From contig OY970322.1 of NCBI GenBank assembly GCA_963716945.1, forward strand, positions 120,001-152,000: a stretch of 32,000 nt of DNA, in the 5' to 3' direction. Positions 31,110-32,000 of this stretch are shown in pieces (the first letter of the stretch is position 1; the number at the start of each line of letters is the position of its first letter). Origin of the DNA: Candidatus Saccharimonadota bacterium (GTDB lineage: Bacteria > Patescibacteriota > Saccharimonadia > Saccharimonadales > UBA4665). The position numbers were made by a program, and so were the translations under genes. The notes below the pieces were generated by a model. The model saw only the letters and a list, made by a program, of their open reading frames with translations. It made no database searches and had not been told where the DNA came from.

Positions 31110-32000
31110 GCAAAATCGTCATCGACGCCCGCGAGTACACCACCAGCACCGGCCGCTACATGTTCCGGCTGGTCGAATATCTGGAAAAGCTGGACAGCCC
31201 GCACGACTACGTGCTGCTGCTCAAGCCGGCGGACATGGACGCCTACGACTTGGCCAACCCCCGGTTCACTAAGATCGCTTGCCCGTACAAAGAGTTCACG
31301 TTTTTCGGGGAGCAGGTCCGTTTCCGGCGTCAGCTGCGGCGGCTGAAACCGGACCTGGTGCATTTCGGCAAAGACCACCAGCCGGTACTTTACGGCGGCA
31401 AAACCGTCACCACTATGCATGACCTGACGACCGCCCGGTTCCGTAACCCGGACAAAGCCTGGCCGGTCTTCAAGTTCAAGCAGCTGGTTTACCGCCGGGT
31501 GGTCAAACGCGTCGCGCGCAAGTCAAGCGCTATTCTGACCGGGTCGCAGTTCGTCAAAGAGGACCTGGCCCGGTTTACCGGCGTCGATCCTGCCAAGATT
31601 ACCGTCACGCCCGAAGCGGCCGATCCGATCAAGGAAGCCGCCGAACCGATCCCGCCGCTGGCCGGCCGAAAATTCATCATGTATGTCGGTCGGCCGACGC
31701 CGCACAAGAACCTGGAACGGCTGGTCAAGGCTTTCGCGTTGCTCAGGGCCCAACACCCGGACCTCGTCTTGGTCCTGGCCGGCAAACTTGACAACAACTA
31801 CCGGCGGCTTGAAAAAACCGTACAAAAGAAGAACACCAGGGGAGTGGTTTTCGTAGGTTTCGTCAGCGAGGCCCGGCTGCGCTGGCTGTACGAGAATTGC
31901 GCGGCCTATGTCTTCCCGTCGCTTAGCGAGGGCTTCGGCCTGCCCGGCCTGGAAGCCATGCTGCACGGCGCGCCGGTCGTCAGCAGCAATGCCACTTGCC
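31106..32000 (+). CDS. Glycosyltransferase family 4, N-terminal ~298 codons (runs off the window end)
   Basis: It is not in the track because no stop lies in the window. Hand translation from ATG 31106 (ATGA overlap with the upstream stop) is open to base 32000. It reads MSKIVIDAREYTTSTGRYMF...FVGFVSEARLRWLYENCAAYVFPSLSEGFGLPGLEAMLHGAPVVSSNATC, a typical GT4 C-terminal motif. Confidence 0.85.
   Translation, partial: MSKIVIDAREYTTSTGRYMFRLVEYLEKLDSPHDYVLLLKPADMDAYDLANPRFTKIACPYKEFTFFGEQVRFRRQLRRLKPDLVHFGKDHQPVLYGGKTVTTMHDLTTARFRNPDKAWPVFKFKQLVYRRVVKRVARKSSAILTGSQFVKEDLARFTGVDPAKITVTPEAADPIKEAAEPIPPLAGRKFIMYVGRPTPHKNLERLVKAFALLRAQHPDLVLVLAGKLDNNYRRLEKTVQKKNTRGVVFVGFVSEARLRWLYENCAAYVFPSLSEGFGLPGLEAMLHGAPVVSSNATC

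Noticed and set aside
31010-31966. Track ORFs 31010..31420, 31489..31797 and 31523..31966 (-).
   Set aside because: They are antisense to the window-truncated GT4 gene (31106..32000), which carries the EGFGLPGLEAM motif.

Overview
This window is a 32-kb bacterial chromosomal segment that is mostly high-GC (60-68% in the 60-nt lines I counted by hand). It reads as one large cell-envelope glycan locus.

Gene order, left to right:
- a truncated O-antigen-ligase/Wzy-like membrane protein (-)
- a WbaP/CpsE-type initiating sugar-phosphate transferase and a GT4 glycosyltransferase (+)
- glmS (+)
- manC plus a HAD-IIB, eukaryotic-PMM-like protein (-)
- an alpha-D-phosphohexomutase (+)
- the complete dTDP-L-rhamnose pathway, rfbB-rfbC-rfbD-rfbA, followed by a GtrA-like protein (+)
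- a DUF218/YdcF-like protein (-)
- an operon of nucleotide-sugar dehydrogenase, SDR epimerase/dehydratase and polyprenol-phosphate-type GT2 (-)
- a 434-aa polytopic GT-C-like membrane protein (-)
- a roughly 1-kb non-coding/accessory patch (17.6-18.7 kb)
- a two-gene secreted-protein operon (+)
- a 648-aa polytopic membrane protein (-)
- a sharply lower-GC (38-53%) five-gene ABC-transporter-dependent glycan module: wzm, wzt, methyltransferase, GT2 and a WbsX/RgpF fusion (-)
- two more glycosyltransferases (+), the last one truncated by the window end

I found no rRNA, CRISPR array, transposase, integrase or recognisable defence genes.

The most unusual content is an RNA locus at 17711-18291. 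It has a near-consensus sigma70 promoter and a ~150-nt structured leader with a closing helix, a 22-bp hairpin and a 7-bp pseudoknot. The leader abuts a 121-nt tRNA-Ser-like gene that carries a GUC (Asp) anticodon and a ~49-nt variable arm. A Shine-Dalgarno site, a 39-codon basic ORF and tandem hairpins follow.

Other notable points:
- Operon-first genes repeatedly show a leaderless-type promoter layout.
- The methyltransferase has a coiled-coil tail and Wzt has a C-terminal extension, a pairing typical of terminator-coupled O-glycan export.
- A three-component (GT2 / GtrA / GT-C) lipid-carrier glycosylation set is present.
- A secreted protein carries five 53-aa tandem repeats.

All calls come from reading the sequence and recalling family motifs. 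No searches or folding programs were run. The taxon cannot be fixed: the style is compatible with a Patescibacteria/CPR-like or actinobacterial-type genome.
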